DNA of 56,445 nt. Origin: Pseudomonadota bacterium (GTDB taxonomy: Bacteria; Pseudomonadota; Alphaproteobacteria; MPNO01; UBA830). A model generated the notes under the pieces. The model ran no database searches. It had not been told where the DNA came from and was given only the letters and a program-made list of their open reading frames with translations. The DNA is taken from assembly GCA_036336685.1 (NCBI GenBank), contig JAYZFO010000030.1:1-56445 (forward strand), written 5' to 3'. Below, piece after piece: positions 33,132-45,817 of the stretch (within the stretch, counting starts at the first letter, position 1; each line of letters opens with the position of its first letter). The translations under genes and the position numbers were made by a program.

Positions 33132-34110
33132 TTAAACCAGCAGGCTCTGAACGAAAATACCGTTGAATCTCACTTAACACTTCAGAAGAACTATCCAACT
33201 TATTGATTTTTTTACTAAAAGAAGATGTTTTTGAAATTCTCTTACTATACCAACCAATATGTTTTCGAGCGATTCTAAGCCCCGAATAATCTCCGAAATG
33301 GCATAATAAGTCCTCAATATGGTGAGTTATAATGTCAGCTTGCATAGCAGCGGGCGGGTCTCGCAAACGCTCCCCAGTTGCCAAATAATGCATGACTTGC
33401 CCCGGAAACCAAGGCCTGCCCGTCGCACCACGCCCTATCATAACACCCGCCGCACCGGACATCGTTAACGCTTCATCTACATCGTCATAGTTTTGGATAT
33501 CCCCATTAACAATTACCGGTATTTTAACCGCATTAACGACATTTTTTACGAAACCCCAATCCGCAACACCATTATAAAATTGACAGCGGGTCCGACCATG
33601 AACCGTCAAAAGTTGCACCCCACAATCTTCAGCAATCTGCGCCAATTCGGGTGCATTTCGGTTGACATCATCCCACCCAATTCTCATTTTTAATGTCACA
33701 GGCACATTAACGGACTTTACCGTCGCATCAATAATACGCTTCGCTAGCTCAAGGTCTCGCATTAAGGCTGAACCCGCCTGTTTTTTGACGACCTTTTTAA
33801 CAGGGCAACCCATATTTATATCGATAACAGCGGCTCCCGTTTGTTGACATAGCTTTGCCGCCAACGCCATTGCCTCAGGATCGTATCCTGCAAGTTGAAT
33901 AGCTAATGGTTGTTCCTCAGAACAATTTTCGATCATCTTAAGCGTCTTACGGTTCGAATTTACCATCCCTGGGCTTGCTATCATTTCTGAGAAAACCAAA
34001 CCTGCACCCCAGGACTTTACTAGGCGACGAAAAGGAAGATCTGTCACCCCCGACATCGGGGCAAGCAATACAGGTATACGAAGTTCAACCGGACCGATAT
34101 TAATGGTCAT
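33115..34110 (-). CDS. dusB: tRNA dihydrouridine synthase DusB (NifR3)
   Basis: [28 protein letters not shown]. Conserved dusB-ntrBC order. Confidence 0.95.
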   Translation of the reverse strand: MTINIGPVELRIPVLLAPMSGVTDLPFRRLVKSWGAGLVFSEMIASPGMVNSNRKTLKMIENCSEEQPLAIQLAGYDPEAMALAAKLCQQTGAAVIDINMGCPVKKVVKKQAGSALMRDLELAKRIIDATVKSVNVPVTLKMRIGWDDVNRNAPELAQIAEDCGVQLLTVHGRTRCQFYNGVADWGFVKNVVNAVKIPVIVNGDIQNYDDVDEALTMSGAAGVMIGRGATGRPWFPGQVMHYLATGERLRDPPAAMQADIITHHIEDLLCHFGDYSGLRIARKHIGWYSKRISKTSSFSKKINKLDSSSEVLSEIQRYFRSEPAGLSDVIV

Positions 34111-34148
34111 TTGTTAGGCAGCCATTTTTATTGCTCAAAACAAAGGCA
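34104..34148. promoter_or_regulatory. Pair of putative NtrC binding sites at the dusB-ntrBC promoter/start
   Basis: Two 17-bp elements, TGCTCAAAACAAAGGCA (34132-34148) and TGGTCATTTGTTAGGCA (34104-34120), resemble TGC-N11-GCA. Confidence 0.5.
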
Positions 34149-34276
34149 AAATAAGTGTAAAAATATCAAAATTCAATCTAGATTATTTTTATCGTAAATA
34201 GGTAAAGACAAATGCTGTTGGCTAAACTTCCGGCGTGTCCTAATTTGAAGTACGTTTAATGGTTAGTGAAAAATAA

Positions 34277-35434
34277 ATGACTGACTGCACCGTACTTGTA
34301 CTTGCCGCGGGCAACGGATCCCGAATTAGTAATAGTCTGCCAAAACAATACATTCTTCTGAATGGGAAGGCAGTGCTGCGCCGGACGATCGAAATATTTC
34401 TCATCCATCCGGCTATAACCGCCGTCCAAGTCGTTATATCTAAGGAACATAAAAAGTTTTATAGCAAGGCTATAGAGGGATTAGACCTGCCTGCTCCAAT
34501 ATATGGTGGAAAGACCCGGCAACAATCAGCTTTGAAAGGGCTAGTCCACCTCCAGGAAAAGCAACCAAAATATGTGTTAATACACGATGCGGCACGGCCA
34601 TTTGTCGATCACAAACTCATCGACCGGGTTTTAAATAGACTCGCAACAGGCAAAGCAGCGATACCCGGAATAAGACTTACAGACACGTTGAAACGTGTAC
34701 ACTCCGAGCACCGGAGCGTCGTGTTCACCATGGACCGAAAAGATTGCTGGTGTATACAAACACCGCAGGGGTTTCACTATCAGGAAATTCTCGCCGCGCA
34801 CGCAGACTTTGTGAACGAGGAAGTAAGCGATGACGCGGCTATAGCTGAACGTGCCGGACTGGAGGTTGCAGTGGTAGAAGGCAATGAGCAAAATTTTAAA
34901 ATCACTACAGACAATGATTTAGAGCACGCAAATAAATTACTTTCAAATGAACTCTCAGAAACACGGATAGGTTCCGGGTTTGACGTCCATTCTTTTTGTG
35001 AAGGGGACCACCTCTACCTGTGTGGAGTTAAAATAAACCATGATAGAGCGCTAAAAGGACATTCCGATGCCGACGTCGCAATTCACGCGCTAACAGATGC
35101 ACTATTAGGTGGCCTGGGCCTCGGCGATATCGGGATGCATTTTCCTTCAGAGGAAGATCAGTGGAAAAATGCGAATTCCAAAATATTTCTAGAAAAGACA
35201 AAACACCTGTTATTTGAACGTGGTGCAAAAGTTGGAAACATCGATATAACCATCATCTGCGAAACACCAAAAATAAACCCACATCGGAAACGAATGACAA
35301 GCTCACTCGCCGAAATACTTGATATCGATACTAACCGCATAAATATAAAAGCTACTACGACAGAAAAACTGGGATTTTTAGGACGTGGTGAAGGAATTGC
35401 TGCTCAGGCCTCTGCAACGATCTACCTCACGTGA
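34277..35434 (+). CDS. ispDF: Bifunctional IspD/IspF
   Basis: LAAGNGSR..PKQY, IHDAARP and QTPQGF, followed by GFDVH, GHSDADV and KATTTEKLGF.GRGEG. Confidence 0.96.
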   Translation: MTDCTVLVLAAGNGSRISNSLPKQYILLNGKAVLRRTIEIFLIHPAITAVQVVISKEHKKFYSKAIEGLDLPAPIYGGKTRQQSALKGLVHLQEKQPKYVLIHDAARPFVDHKLIDRVLNRLATGKAAIPGIRLTDTLKRVHSEHRSVVFTMDRKDCWCIQTPQGFHYQEILAAHADFVNEEVSDDAAIAERAGLEVAVVEGNEQNFKITTDNDLEHANKLLSNELSETRIGSGFDVHSFCEGDHLYLCGVKINHDRALKGHSDADVAIHALTDALLGGLGLGDIGMHFPSEEDQWKNANSKIFLEKTKHLLFERGAKVGNIDITIICETPKINPHRKRMTSSLAEILDIDTNRINIKATTTEKLGFLGRGEGIAAQASATIYLT

Positions 35435-35925
35435 AAATTATATTTGGCCGCACACCCCACGGTCTATCCCGGCTGCATCCAGCTGCGATTATATCAACTT
35501 GGTGGTGGAGTGGACTTTTACCGTGGGCGCCGGGTACGTGGGGCTCTCTATTTACCCTGCCCTTCGCGTGGATAATCGCGGAACGTTGGGATGGTAGTTA
35601 TCTTTTGTTTGCTGCTTTTATAACGTTAATTGGAGGGCTTTGGGCATCAAAGGTATTCTTAGATAAGACCGAGGTCAAAGACCCCAGCATTATTGTAATT
35701 GATGAAAGTGTCGGCCAATTTCTAACACTTGCTTTCTTACCAGTCGAAATATGGTGGTATATCGCTGGCTTTGTACTTTTTCGGATCACCGACATTACTA
35801 AGCCGTGGCCAGCTTCGTGGGTTGACAGGGAATTAAATGGTCCAGCAGCCATAATGTTAGACGATATCATCGCTGCGATATATGCAGGGATAATTTTGCA
35901 TATAATCATCACGATAATTGGGTAA
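35431..35925 (+). CDS. pgpA: Phosphatidylglycerophosphatase A
   Basis: APGTWGS, DPS.IVIDE..GQ, FR..DI.KPWP, MLDD. Confidence 0.93.
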   Translation: MKIIFGRTPHGLSRLHPAAIISTWWWSGLLPWAPGTWGSLFTLPFAWIIAERWDGSYLLFAAFITLIGGLWASKVFLDKTEVKDPSIIVIDESVGQFLTLAFLPVEIWWYIAGFVLFRITDITKPWPASWVDRELNGPAAIMLDDIIAAIYAGIILHIIITIIG

Positions 35926-36412
35926 AGACGAGATGAAGCGAAAACTTATAGAAAAGGCAAAACAAACACTCGCGGCGTGCCGCAAAGGCGGTGTTACTCT
36001 CGTTACGGTAGAATCGTGCACCGGCGGTCTTGTTTCCGCCACTCTGACCGAGATTACCGGTTCGTCTGACGTCGTTGACCGTGGTTTCGTTACCTACACC
36101 AACAAAGCGAAGTCCGAATTAGTTGACGTACCTGCCGATCTATTCCCCCGCGTAGGTGCTGTCAGCGAAGAGGTAGCGAGGGCGATGGCCGACGGAGGTC
36201 TAAAACGTTCTAACGCAGATATTTCTGTAAGTATTACTGGTGTAGCCGGCCCGGGGCAAAGCGAAAACAAACCAGCAGGTTTGGTTCACGTCTGCGCCGT
36301 CAGGAGAAATTGGACGACGCTTCACGAATGCTGTCATTTTAACGGTAACAGAGAAGCAATACGCATAGCTTCTGTAATAAAAGCATTCGAAATGATTAGA
36401 AAACTTATATGA
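35918..36412 (+). CDS. cinA: CinA C-terminal domain protein (NMN amidohydrolase, PncC-like)
   Basis: ESCTGGL, GFVTY.N.AK, GAVSEEVA..MA.G, ITGVAGP. Confidence 0.9.
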   Translation: MGKDEMKRKLIEKAKQTLAACRKGGVTLVTVESCTGGLVSATLTEITGSSDVVDRGFVTYTNKAKSELVDVPADLFPRVGAVSEEVARAMADGGLKRSNADISVSITGVAGPGQSENKPAGLVHVCAVRRNWTTLHECCHFNGNREAIRIASVIKAFEMIRKLI

Positions 36413-37209
36413 AGCTTCGAAACTATGTGAGCGGAGTAGATTTTTCTGGCGCTAAAGATGCTGGCCGTCATATTTGGATTTCAGAAGGTTTATTTGCGTC
36501 AAATGGCATCATAATCCAGAAATTATTTAGGCTCGACGAACTCACAGACGGAATAGTTGAACTGCAACCCGCCTTGCATAGGCTCGTTGATTATATTGGT
36601 AACCAGTTTGAGAGCATTATCGGTTTTGACTTTCCGTTCGGGATACCCGAAGAATTAATTCGAGAAAAGTCATGGCTCAAATTTGTCAACACGTTTTCTC
36701 ATAAATACCCCTCTGCAGACACATTCCTTTCAAGTTGCCGCGCCTTGACGAACGGCAAGGAGTTAAAGAGAACAACGGATATTGAAGCCAAAGCTCCCTG
36801 GTGCACATACAATCTTCGTCTGTACCGTCAAACATGGGCAGGACTACACCATGTAATTTCACCGCTAATACTAAAAGGAAAAGCACGGGCAATTCCTATG
36901 CAGAAACCCAAGAAAGGAACTCCCATTATCGCCGAAGTATGTCCAGCATCATTTTTAAAAAGAGAGCAAATGTACGTTCCATACAAAGGAAGGGGGAATC
37001 TATTAAGGTCCGCCCGGTCTGATATTTTGGATACATTAATTGAATTGCGGATTCTCGCGCCGGTTACAGATACCCTGCGCCGCACTATTGTCGCCGACAT
37101 AAAGGGAGATGCGTTAGACGCCGTGTTGGCTGCTCTCGCAACCGCTAGGATCAAAAACGCTAAACCCGTGAACCAAAAAGATACATTGGAAGCTAGAATA
37201 TATTTTTAA
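36409..37209 (+). CDS. DUF429-like predicted RNase H-fold protein
   Basis: GVDFSG, IGFDFPFG.P, R.TD, AEVCP and DALDA acidic motifs. ATGA overlap with cinA. Confidence 0.65.
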   Translation: MKLRNYVSGVDFSGAKDAGRHIWISEGLFASNGIIIQKLFRLDELTDGIVELQPALHRLVDYIGNQFESIIGFDFPFGIPEELIREKSWLKFVNTFSHKYPSADTFLSSCRALTNGKELKRTTDIEAKAPWCTYNLRLYRQTWAGLHHVISPLILKGKARAIPMQKPKKGTPIIAEVCPASFLKREQMYVPYKGRGNLLRSARSDILDTLIELRILAPVTDTLRRTIVADIKGDALDAVLAALATARIKNAKPVNQKDTLEARIYF

Positions 37210-37637
37210 GAAAAGCGTTCAACAGCACGGCGTTCAAAGGCAAAAACCATTCGCTTAACAGCTTCTAGAAACACCGGTTCAGCAGCTAATCTTAAAAGTG
37301 AAGAACGGAATTCAAAGTCTATATAGAAATCCACTTCACAACCATGGTCCGTTTCTTTAAAGCGCCACCGATTGTTGAGGTGCCTAAAAGGCCCGTCAAC
37401 GTATTCTACGTCAATTTGTGAAGTGGGCTTTAGCGTTACTAGAGAGGAAAAACTTTCACGAAAAACCTTAAAGCCAACAGTCATGTTTGCATTTAAGATG
37501 TTGTCTCGCCTTTTCTCAATACTAACGTCTAAACACCACGGCAGAAAACTGGGATAATCCTCTATATCCTCCACTAACTCAAAGAGCTGAGCCTGAGTGT
37601 ACGGAAATCGTTTTACCTCAGAATGATTTGGCATCAC
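37206..37637 (-). CDS. ratA: RatA/Coq10 family START-domain protein
   Basis: LVEDIEDYP.FLPWC, GPFRHL.N.W.F, AFERRA. Follows lipA. Confidence 0.9.
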   Translation of the reverse strand: MMPNHSEVKRFPYTQAQLFELVEDIEDYPSFLPWCLDVSIEKRRDNILNANMTVGFKVFRESFSSLVTLKPTSQIDVEYVDGPFRHLNNRWRFKETDHGCEVDFYIDFEFRSSLLRLAAEPVFLEAVKRMVFAFERRAVERFS

Positions 37638-37645
37638 CGAGACAA

Positions 37646-38605
37646 TTAGAATTTAATATTTTGCTCACGCGAGGCTTTCATTTTCTTAAAATCGTTATCC
37701 GCATGATAAGATGAACGCGTTAGCGGCGACGCGGAAACCATTTGAAAGCCCTTTCCATAAGCCGAGCGTTTATACGTCTCAAACTCTTCTGGTTCGACGA
37801 AACGTGCAATAGGATGGTGTTTTCTGGTAGGTTGGAGATACTGCCCAATGGTCAAAAAATCAACATTGGCAGCCCTCAAATCGTCCATCACCTGGAATAC
37901 CTCCCCCTTTTCTTCCCCGAGTCCGACCATTAAACCCGACTTTGTAAATATTTGTGGATCAAGACGCTTCGCCTCATTAAGAAGCTGCAAGGATAAGAAG
38001 TACCGCGCTCCCGGCCTCACAGCCGCGTATAGTCTTGGTACAGTTTCTAAATTGTGATTAAAGACATCAGGCCTCGCTGACACAACTTCCTCTATGGCCC
38101 CATTTTTCTTCTGAAAATCGGGTGTAAGAACCTCGATCGAGGTCGCAGGGGAGACCTCTCGAACTTTCGTAATCACCTCCGCGAAATGCCCCGCACCCCC
38201 GTCGACTAAATCATCACGATCAACAGAGGTGATCACGACGTGCGCTAACTCCAACTCCGCGACGGCTGACGCAACACGCTGCGGTTCCAATTTATCAAGC
38301 TCGGAAGGTATCCCAGTAGAAATATTGCAGAACGCGCACGACCTTGTGCACACATCCCCCATTATCATCATCGTCGCATGCTTCTGGGCCCAACATTCCC
38401 CAATGTTTGGACACGCTGCTTCTTCGCACACCGTATTTAAACGCAATCTACGCATCAAATTTTGAGTTTCGAAAAAAGCCTTCGAGGTCGGAGCTTTTAC
38501 TCGGATCCAGGGCGGTTTTCGATGCATTGGACTGTCGGGTTTTGATATTTTCTCTGGATGGCGCACCCGCTCAGTTGAGCCAGCCTTATCAACACCCTCA
38601 GACAT
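37646..38605 (-). CDS. lipA: Lipoyl synthase
   Basis: [27 protein letters not shown]. Start taken at ATG 38605. Confidence 0.97.
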   Translation of the reverse strand: MSEGVDKAGSTERVRHPEKISKPDSPMHRKPPWIRVKAPTSKAFFETQNLMRRLRLNTVCEEAACPNIGECWAQKHATMMIMGDVCTRSCAFCNISTGIPSELDKLEPQRVASAVAELELAHVVITSVDRDDLVDGGAGHFAEVITKVREVSPATSIEVLTPDFQKKNGAIEEVVSARPDVFNHNLETVPRLYAAVRPGARYFLSLQLLNEAKRLDPQIFTKSGLMVGLGEEKGEVFQVMDDLRAANVDFLTIGQYLQPTRKHHPIARFVEPEEFETYKRSAYGKGFQMVSASPLTRSSYHADNDFKKMKASREQNIKF

Positions 38606-40001
38606 GAATGACCCGATCATACGCATCTAATACCGATTCATGAAGCATTTCAGATAGGGTTGGATGAGGAAAGATGGTTTGCATCATCTCCAACTCTGTT
38701 GTTTCCAAGGTCTTCGCCATCCCAAATGCATGTATTAATTCTGTTACCTCAGCCCCAATCATATGGGCACCCAGAATTTCTCCTGTCACGCTATCGAATA
38801 TCGTTTTCACCAGACCATTAGCCTCACCTAATGCGATAGCTTTGCCATTTCCCGAAAATGGAAATCGACCTACTCTAACATCGTATCCTGCTTCCTTTGC
38901 AGCAACTTCCGTAAGTCCAATACTCGCAATCTGCGGACGACAATAAGTACAGCCCGGAATTCTCGACGTGTCTAATGAATTGGGACTTTGACCAGCTATC
39001 TTTTCAACACAAATTATAGCCTCATGACTAGCCTTATGCGCGAGCCAAGGAGGGCCTGTAAGATCACCAATTGCGTATACCCCTGATTCCCCTGTTTGCA
39101 TCCATTCATTAGTGGCAACATGGCCACTTTCAACCTCTACGTTTGTGTTTTCTAATCCGATATCTTCAATATTTCCCGTAATGCCTACAGCTAAGATAGC
39201 ACGATCAAAGGTTAGTTCTTGGGTTTGTTCACCGATCTTAATTATCGCAGTAACCGCGTTATCGCCTGGATCCAGGGAAGCCAGCGTAGCCCCCGTGTGG
39301 ATAGTTATTCCCTGTTCCTCAAACGCTTTCCGCGCTGCATCGGAAATTTCTTCATCCTCCACCGGTAATATCTTGTCCAGAACTTCAACAACCGTAACGT
39401 TAGACCCAAGATCCGAATAAAAACTTGCAAACTCGATACCTATTGCCCCTGAACCTACAACAAGCAGTGTTTCAGGCAGAACTTCTGGTACCATGGCCTC
39501 CTTATAGGTCCAGATAAGTTTTTTATCAGATTTAATACCGGATAAAGTGCGCGCCCTAGCGCCGGTCGCCAAAATAATGTGAGACGCAGAAATTTCTTTA
39601 ATCTCCCCATTCAAGCCATTAAACGAAATTCTGCCATTACCAAGCAACGAACCAGATCCTAAAAACACCTCTACCTTATTTTTTTTTAAAAGAAATTCGA
39701 TGCCTTCATTAAGCTTCTTCGCAACCCCTCTTGAGCGCTCAACAATCTTCTTTAGATCAAAGCCAACCTTTCCGACCGACAGACCAAACTGCTCCGCATT
39801 CTCAATCAGATGTTTAACTTCAGCCGTCCTGAGTAAAGCTTTAGTCGGGATACAGCCCCAATTTAAACAGATCCCACCCAGGTGCTCTCGTTCAATTAAA
39901 GCAACCTGCATCCCAAGTTGCGCAGCTCGAATGGCCGCCACATAACCACCGGGTCCTCCGCCGACGACAGCTAAATCAAATTCAAGGTTTTGCAAAATCA
40001 C
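38598..40001 (-). CDS. lpdA: Dihydrolipoyl dehydrogenase (E3)
   Basis: [26 protein letters not shown]. Confidence 0.97.
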   Translation of the reverse strand: MILQNLEFDLAVVGGGPGGYVAAIRAAQLGMQVALIEREHLGGICLNWGCIPTKALLRTAEVKHLIENAEQFGLSVGKVGFDLKKIVERSRGVAKKLNEGIEFLLKKNKVEVFLGSGSLLGNGRISFNGLNGEIKEISASHIILATGARARTLSGIKSDKKLIWTYKEAMVPEVLPETLLVVGSGAIGIEFASFYSDLGSNVTVVEVLDKILPVEDEEISDAARKAFEEQGITIHTGATLASLDPGDNAVTAIIKIGEQTQELTFDRAILAVGITGNIEDIGLENTNVEVESGHVATNEWMQTGESGVYAIGDLTGPPWLAHKASHEAIICVEKIAGQSPNSLDTSRIPGCTYCRPQIASIGLTEVAAKEAGYDVRVGRFPFSGNGKAIALGEANGLVKTIFDSVTGEILGAHMIGAEVTELIHAFGMAKTLETTELEMMQTIFPHPTLSEMLHESVLDAYDRVIHV

Positions 40002-40034
40002 CCTCTTAATCGCCTAATTACCGAACAACTATAA

Positions 40035-41432
40035 CTACAGCAGCATTAGCGCTGGGTTTTCGATGTATTCCTGAATTTTACCCAGCAACTTCGCTCCAAT
40101 TGCCCCGTCAACCACCCGATGATCCACTGAAAGTGTGCAACTCATCACGGTGGCTGCCACAACTTCATTATTCTTTACAATCGGACGCTGTTCACCCAAC
40201 CCAACTGCTAAAATACAAGCCTGGGGTGGATTGATAACCGCATCGAATTGTTTAACACCATACATACCAAGGTTTGATATTGAGAACGATCCGCCCTGAT
40301 ATTCTTCAGGCATCAATTTTCCGTTTCGCGCACGGGATGCCAACTCGCTCATTTCGTGCGAGAGTTGCCTAAGGCCTTTATGCTCTGCCCCTTTCACGAT
40401 TGGCGTAATCAAGCCCCCCTCAATTGCTACGGCAACTGAAATATCGCTGGTAGAATGTTGTAACATTTCGTCCTCATTGTGATAGCTTACGTTAGCTTCC
40501 GGAATGTCCTTCAGCGCTATCCCGCACGCCCTTATAACGAAATCATTAACTGAAATTTTTATTTGTTCCATTGTATTATTAAGCGTTGCGCGCACCCTTA
40601 ATAATTCGTCGATCTCACAGTCCACAGTCAGGTAGAAGTGCGGCACAGTGCTTTTTGACTGTGTCATTCGCTCGGCAATTACCTTCCTCATTGTGGAAAG
40701 CTTTACTACCTCCGCGGAACCTGTATCGGGTCCTTCCTGAAACACCGTCTTTGCCAATTCCGGCTCAGTCTCGACAACATTACTCGCTGACGTAATATCT
40801 CGTTTTATTATTCTGCCTTCTGGCCCAGAACCACTGATCGAGCGGAGATCTATATTTGCTTGCTTCGCCATGCTTCGAGCAAGCGGGCTAACAAAAAGTC
40901 TTGTATTGGTCTCATCCGTAGCCTTAGTTTGAAGAAAGTTCTGACGTTGTTCTTCTGAACTGTCGGAAAAACCGATCGATCTGGAGGAAATCGCTGCCTC
41001 AACATCCGACTTTGTAATCTTTCCCTGCGCTCCTGACCCGTCTATGGAAGAGAGGTCTAATCCGAGCTGGTGGGCTATACGCTCCGCTAAGGGGGTAACT
41101 TTCACTATGTCCTTCAAAATTACCGGCTCAGCAACACTCTTATCCGCTACCGTGTGTGACACTTCCTCAACCAGCGTGCTCAAGTCTTCCTCATCTTCTA
41201 GTAAGATTCCGATTATCTGATTGACCAAAACAGCTTCCGTGCCTTCCGGTACAACAATTTTACCTAAAACTCCTTGATCCGCAGCTTCAACCTCCATGGT
41301 AGCCTTATCGGTCTCAATCTCGGCGATAACATCACCCGGGGTAATTTCATCACCCTCTTTTACTAACCATTTAGCTACGCTACCCTCAGTCATTGTAGGG
41401 GAAAGAGCCGGCATGAGAATATTTATTGACAT
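40035..41432 (-). CDS. pdhC: Pyruvate dehydrogenase E2 (dihydrolipoamide acetyltransferase)
   Basis: Lipoyl domain (ETDKATME), two subunit-binding domains, catalytic DHRVVDG. Confidence 0.95.
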   Translation of the reverse strand: MSINILMPALSPTMTEGSVAKWLVKEGDEITPGDVIAEIETDKATMEVEAADQGVLGKIVVPEGTEAVLVNQIIGILLEDEEDLSTLVEEVSHTVADKSVAEPVILKDIVKVTPLAERIAHQLGLDLSSIDGSGAQGKITKSDVEAAISSRSIGFSDSSEEQRQNFLQTKATDETNTRLFVSPLARSMAKQANIDLRSISGSGPEGRIIKRDITSASNVVETEPELAKTVFQEGPDTGSAEVVKLSTMRKVIAERMTQSKSTVPHFYLTVDCEIDELLRVRATLNNTMEQIKISVNDFVIRACGIALKDIPEANVSYHNEDEMLQHSTSDISVAVAIEGGLITPIVKGAEHKGLRQLSHEMSELASRARNGKLMPEEYQGGSFSISNLGMYGVKQFDAVINPPQACILAVGLGEQRPIVKNNEVVAATVMSCTLSVDHRVVDGAIGAKLLGKIQEYIENPALMLL

Positions 41433-41450
41433 GTCAATGCCCAAGCTTCC

Positions 41451-42791
41451 TCATGGTAAATAGGAGACAGATTTAGCGGCTTGCACGATATCGGAAACTT
41501 GCGGAAGCGCTAACTTCTCGAGATTGGCAGCATAGGGAAGCGGGACGTCAGCCGCACATACCCGAGCAACGGGTGCATCCAGCCAATCAAAAGCGTTCTC
41601 CATAATACTAGCGGCAATTTCTGACCCCATTCCCACGGTCGGCCACCCTTGTTCAACAGAAACCAATCGATTTGTCTTCTTCACGGAACCAATTATGCAT
41701 TCGATATCAAGCGGACGTAACGTGCGCAAATCAATTACTTCTGCGGATATACCCATGCCGGCAAGCTCTTCCGCCGCTTGGAGGGCATACCCCACCATCA
41801 GGGAAAAAGCCGTGAGGGTAACATCATTTCCCTCTCTCACCACATTTGCCTTTCCTATTGGAACGATCCAATCAGGATCATCCGGCATCTCAGAAGACTC
41901 TCCATAAAGAAGCTCATTTTCTAAAAATATAACGGGATTTGGATCGCGAATAGCTGCCTTGAGGAGCCCTTTCGCGTCAGCGGCCGAATAGGGCGATATT
42001 ACATAAATACCCGGAATATGGGCAAACCAACTCGCATAACACTGTGAATGTTGTGCCGCAACGCGGGAAGCGGCACCGTTAGGTCCCCGAAACACCGCTG
42101 GACATCCCATTTGTCCACCCGACATATAATTCGTCTTGGCAGCCGAATTTAACAATTGATCAATCGCCTGCATCGCAAAATTGAATGTCATGAATTCAAC
42201 AATGGGCCGTAAACCCGCGAAAGCAGCACCGACGGCGAGGCCGGTAAAGCCGTGCTCCGTGATTGGCGTATCAATTACACGCATTTCTCCAAATTCCTCA
42301 AGGAGACCTTGGCTAACCTTATATGCACCCTCATATTGTGCCACCTCCTCACCCATCAAAAACACATTTTCATCGCGTCGCATCTCTTCGGCCATCGCAT
42401 CGCGCAACGCTTCCCTGACGGTTAAAGTTCCCGGTCTTTTATCGCTCCCGGGGCTTAAACTCTCGTTTTTATCAATCGTCCCTACATCCATCCCCTCGGT
42501 ATTTTTTTTGATTATCGCTTCCCCGTCATCCGACTTTTCTGTTTCCTCCCCTTCTTCAAGAATAACTCCAATGACCGCATTCACTTCGACGTTCTTGGTG
42601 CCCGCCTCAACAATGATTTTTCCTAAAATACCCTCGTCAACTGCTTCAACTTCCATCGTTGCCTTATCAGTTTCAATCTCCGCAATAACGTCGCCAGGTG
42701 CTATATCCTCGCCCTCGCTCTTAAGCCATTTGGACAAAACACCCTCGGTCATAGTGGGTGAAAGCGCTGGCATAAGTATATTCTTGGACAT
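41451..42791 (-). CDS. pdhB: Pyruvate dehydrogenase E1 beta with an N-terminal lipoyl domain
   Basis: ETDKATME lipoyl domain, [29 protein letters not shown]. Confidence 0.96.
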   Translation of the reverse strand: MSKNILMPALSPTMTEGVLSKWLKSEGEDIAPGDVIAEIETDKATMEVEAVDEGILGKIIVEAGTKNVEVNAVIGVILEEGEETEKSDDGEAIIKKNTEGMDVGTIDKNESLSPGSDKRPGTLTVREALRDAMAEEMRRDENVFLMGEEVAQYEGAYKVSQGLLEEFGEMRVIDTPITEHGFTGLAVGAAFAGLRPIVEFMTFNFAMQAIDQLLNSAAKTNYMSGGQMGCPAVFRGPNGAASRVAAQHSQCYASWFAHIPGIYVISPYSAADAKGLLKAAIRDPNPVIFLENELLYGESSEMPDDPDWIVPIGKANVVREGNDVTLTAFSLMVGYALQAAEELAGMGISAEVIDLRTLRPLDIECIIGSVKKTNRLVSVEQGWPTVGMGSEIAASIMENAFDWLDAPVARVCAADVPLPYAANLEKLALPQVSDIVQAAKSVSYLP

Positions 42792-42808
42792 TCCGGCTAC
42801 CGTCTCTC

Positions 42809-43840
42809 TTAGCCTTCCACCAAGACATCTGTATACAGCTCGGTTGCCATTGGCTCAGGACTTTCTTGAGCAAACTCCGCCGCCTTTAGGACAATTTCCC
42901 GAACCTCCATGTCAATCTTTTTGAGCTGGTCTTCCTTAGTCTGTCCTGCATCAATCATCACTGCTTTAAGATTGGTGATGGGATCATTTTGATCTCTCAT
43001 TTCCGAAACTTCCTCTTTAGTCCGATATTTTGCTGGATCAGACATTGAGTGACCGCGATATCGATATGTTTTCATTTCTAGAACAAATGGCCCACCCCCC
43101 CCTCGGCAGTAGCGGACCGCTTTTTCGGCCGCCTTTCTAACCTCTAAAACGTTCATACCATCCACCTCTTCTCCGGGGATTCCATAAGGCTCTCCCAGTT
43201 TGTATAGTTCTTTTGCAGCAGATGCTCGGGCTACTGAAGTGCCCATTCCATATAAATTGTTCTCAATAATATATATCACGGGAAGACCCCATAATGCGGC
43301 CATATTGAAAGCCTCGTGAACTTGCCCTTGATTAACTGCGCCATCACCTAAATAGGTCAACGATATTCCTTCGGTCTTACGATACTTTGATGCAAATGCG
43401 AGACCCGTGCCTATTGGTACCTGAGCTCCAACGATACCATGCCCACCGAAGAAATTTTTCTCTTTCGAAAACATGTGCATGGAGCCTCCCTTTCCCTTGG
43501 AGTAACCCTCACTGCGGCCCGTTAGTTCGGCCATTACCCCTTTTGGATCCATTCCACACGCCAACATATGACCATGGTCACGGTAGCTCGTAATTACGGC
43601 ATCCCGCTCGTCAATCGCAGATTGCATCCCAACCACGACCGCCTCTTGCCCGATATATAGGTGGCAGAACCCACCGATGAGACCCATACCGTACATTTGA
43701 CCCGCACGTTCCTCAAACCTTCTAATTAGAAGCATGTCACGATAAAAGCCTAACATTTGATCGGTATCATTGGCATTTTCTGAGATTTTGTTGCCAACAG
43801 ACCTAGATTCCGATTCAACGTCGCCCCCGGCTTTAGTCAT
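42809..43840 (-). CDS. pdhA: Pyruvate dehydrogenase E1 alpha
   Basis: [21 protein letters not shown] motif, [11 protein letters not shown]. Confidence 0.97.
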   Translation of the reverse strand: MTKAGGDVESESRSVGNKISENANDTDQMLGFYRDMLLIRRFEERAGQMYGMGLIGGFCHLYIGQEAVVVGMQSAIDERDAVITSYRDHGHMLACGMDPKGVMAELTGRSEGYSKGKGGSMHMFSKEKNFFGGHGIVGAQVPIGTGLAFASKYRKTEGISLTYLGDGAVNQGQVHEAFNMAALWGLPVIYIIENNLYGMGTSVARASAAKELYKLGEPYGIPGEEVDGMNVLEVRKAAEKAVRYCRGGGGPFVLEMKTYRYRGHSMSDPAKYRTKEEVSEMRDQNDPITNLKAVMIDAGQTKEDQLKKIDMEVREIVLKAAEFAQESPEPMATELYTDVLVEG

Positions 43841-44030
43841 AATTTTCTCCTATAATACGTGCATATACCCGCTTTTTCGTACTAACTAGATATATAGAAT
43901 ATAGGAACACACCGGCGTCGCAACAAAGACCTAACTACTTATCTGTCTTTTATTACCCACCTGTTCTAACAAAATTACAACCCGGTGCCGACAAAACATC
44001 ATTTATTTCAAAAATTCTCCACCCTGAAAC

Positions 44031-44369
44031 CTATTTTCCTCGAATTATTAGGTCATTGGGTCTTACGAGGCCTGTCATTAATCGGGACCGTTCATCAAGC
44101 ATATCCATGTCGAGCTTCCCTGTATCCGGATTAATCTTAAGTAATCTAATCTGTTTTTCGAGACTCTGCCTAACTTCTCTGGTCTCAGAAAGCGTTTTCT
44201 CAGCAACCGCAACTTGTTTTTGAAGATGCATCCAAGCAATGATACCCCGATCACCATGAAAGGAATGAACCAGGAAATAGCATACAAACAATGCCCCCAC
44301 GATCGGCACTAACATCCTACGTGAACGGCGTTTAATCTCTCTTACGGCACCCATAGGCGATCGGATCAT
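44031..44369 (-). CDS. ftsB: Septum formation initiator (FtsB/DivIC family)
   Basis: Single TM helix, G.RG motif, coiled coil, D.LDERSR. Sits between eno and pdhA. The start is uncertain (44354-44426). Confidence 0.8.
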   Translation of the reverse strand: MIRSPMGAVREIKRRSRRMLVPIVGALFVCYFLVHSFHGDRGIIAWMHLQKQVAVAEKTLSETREVRQSLEKQIRLLKINPDTGKLDMDMLDERSRLMTGLVRPNDLIIRGK

Positions 44370-44465
44370 AAAATGGTTGTGTGGGTCAAGTATATATTGA
44401 TTCGCTAGTAACCCACGTCTACTCAACCGCTTGGGTTCAATTCTTTCCGAAATTTTAGTGTGCTG

Positions 44466-45809
<1,344 letters not shown>

Positions 45810-45817
45810 CTAGAGCT

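Noticed and set aside
37206-37637. ratA as a toxin-antitoxin or defence gene together with the DUF429-like gene
   Set aside because: RatA/Coq10 next to lipA is a conserved housekeeping arrangement linked to ubiquinone, and the two genes are convergent.
41451-42791. Lipoyl domain on E1-beta and its similarity to the pdhC 5' end
   Set aside because: This is a known alphaproteobacterial PDH architecture, not a repeat element or a novelty.
42181-42924. 247-aa + strand ORF, and other long antisense ORFs over groEL, ntrX, ntrY, pyrG and atm1
   Set aside because: They lie opposite well-conserved genes, have Ser/Pro/Ile-rich shadow composition and show no recognisable motifs.
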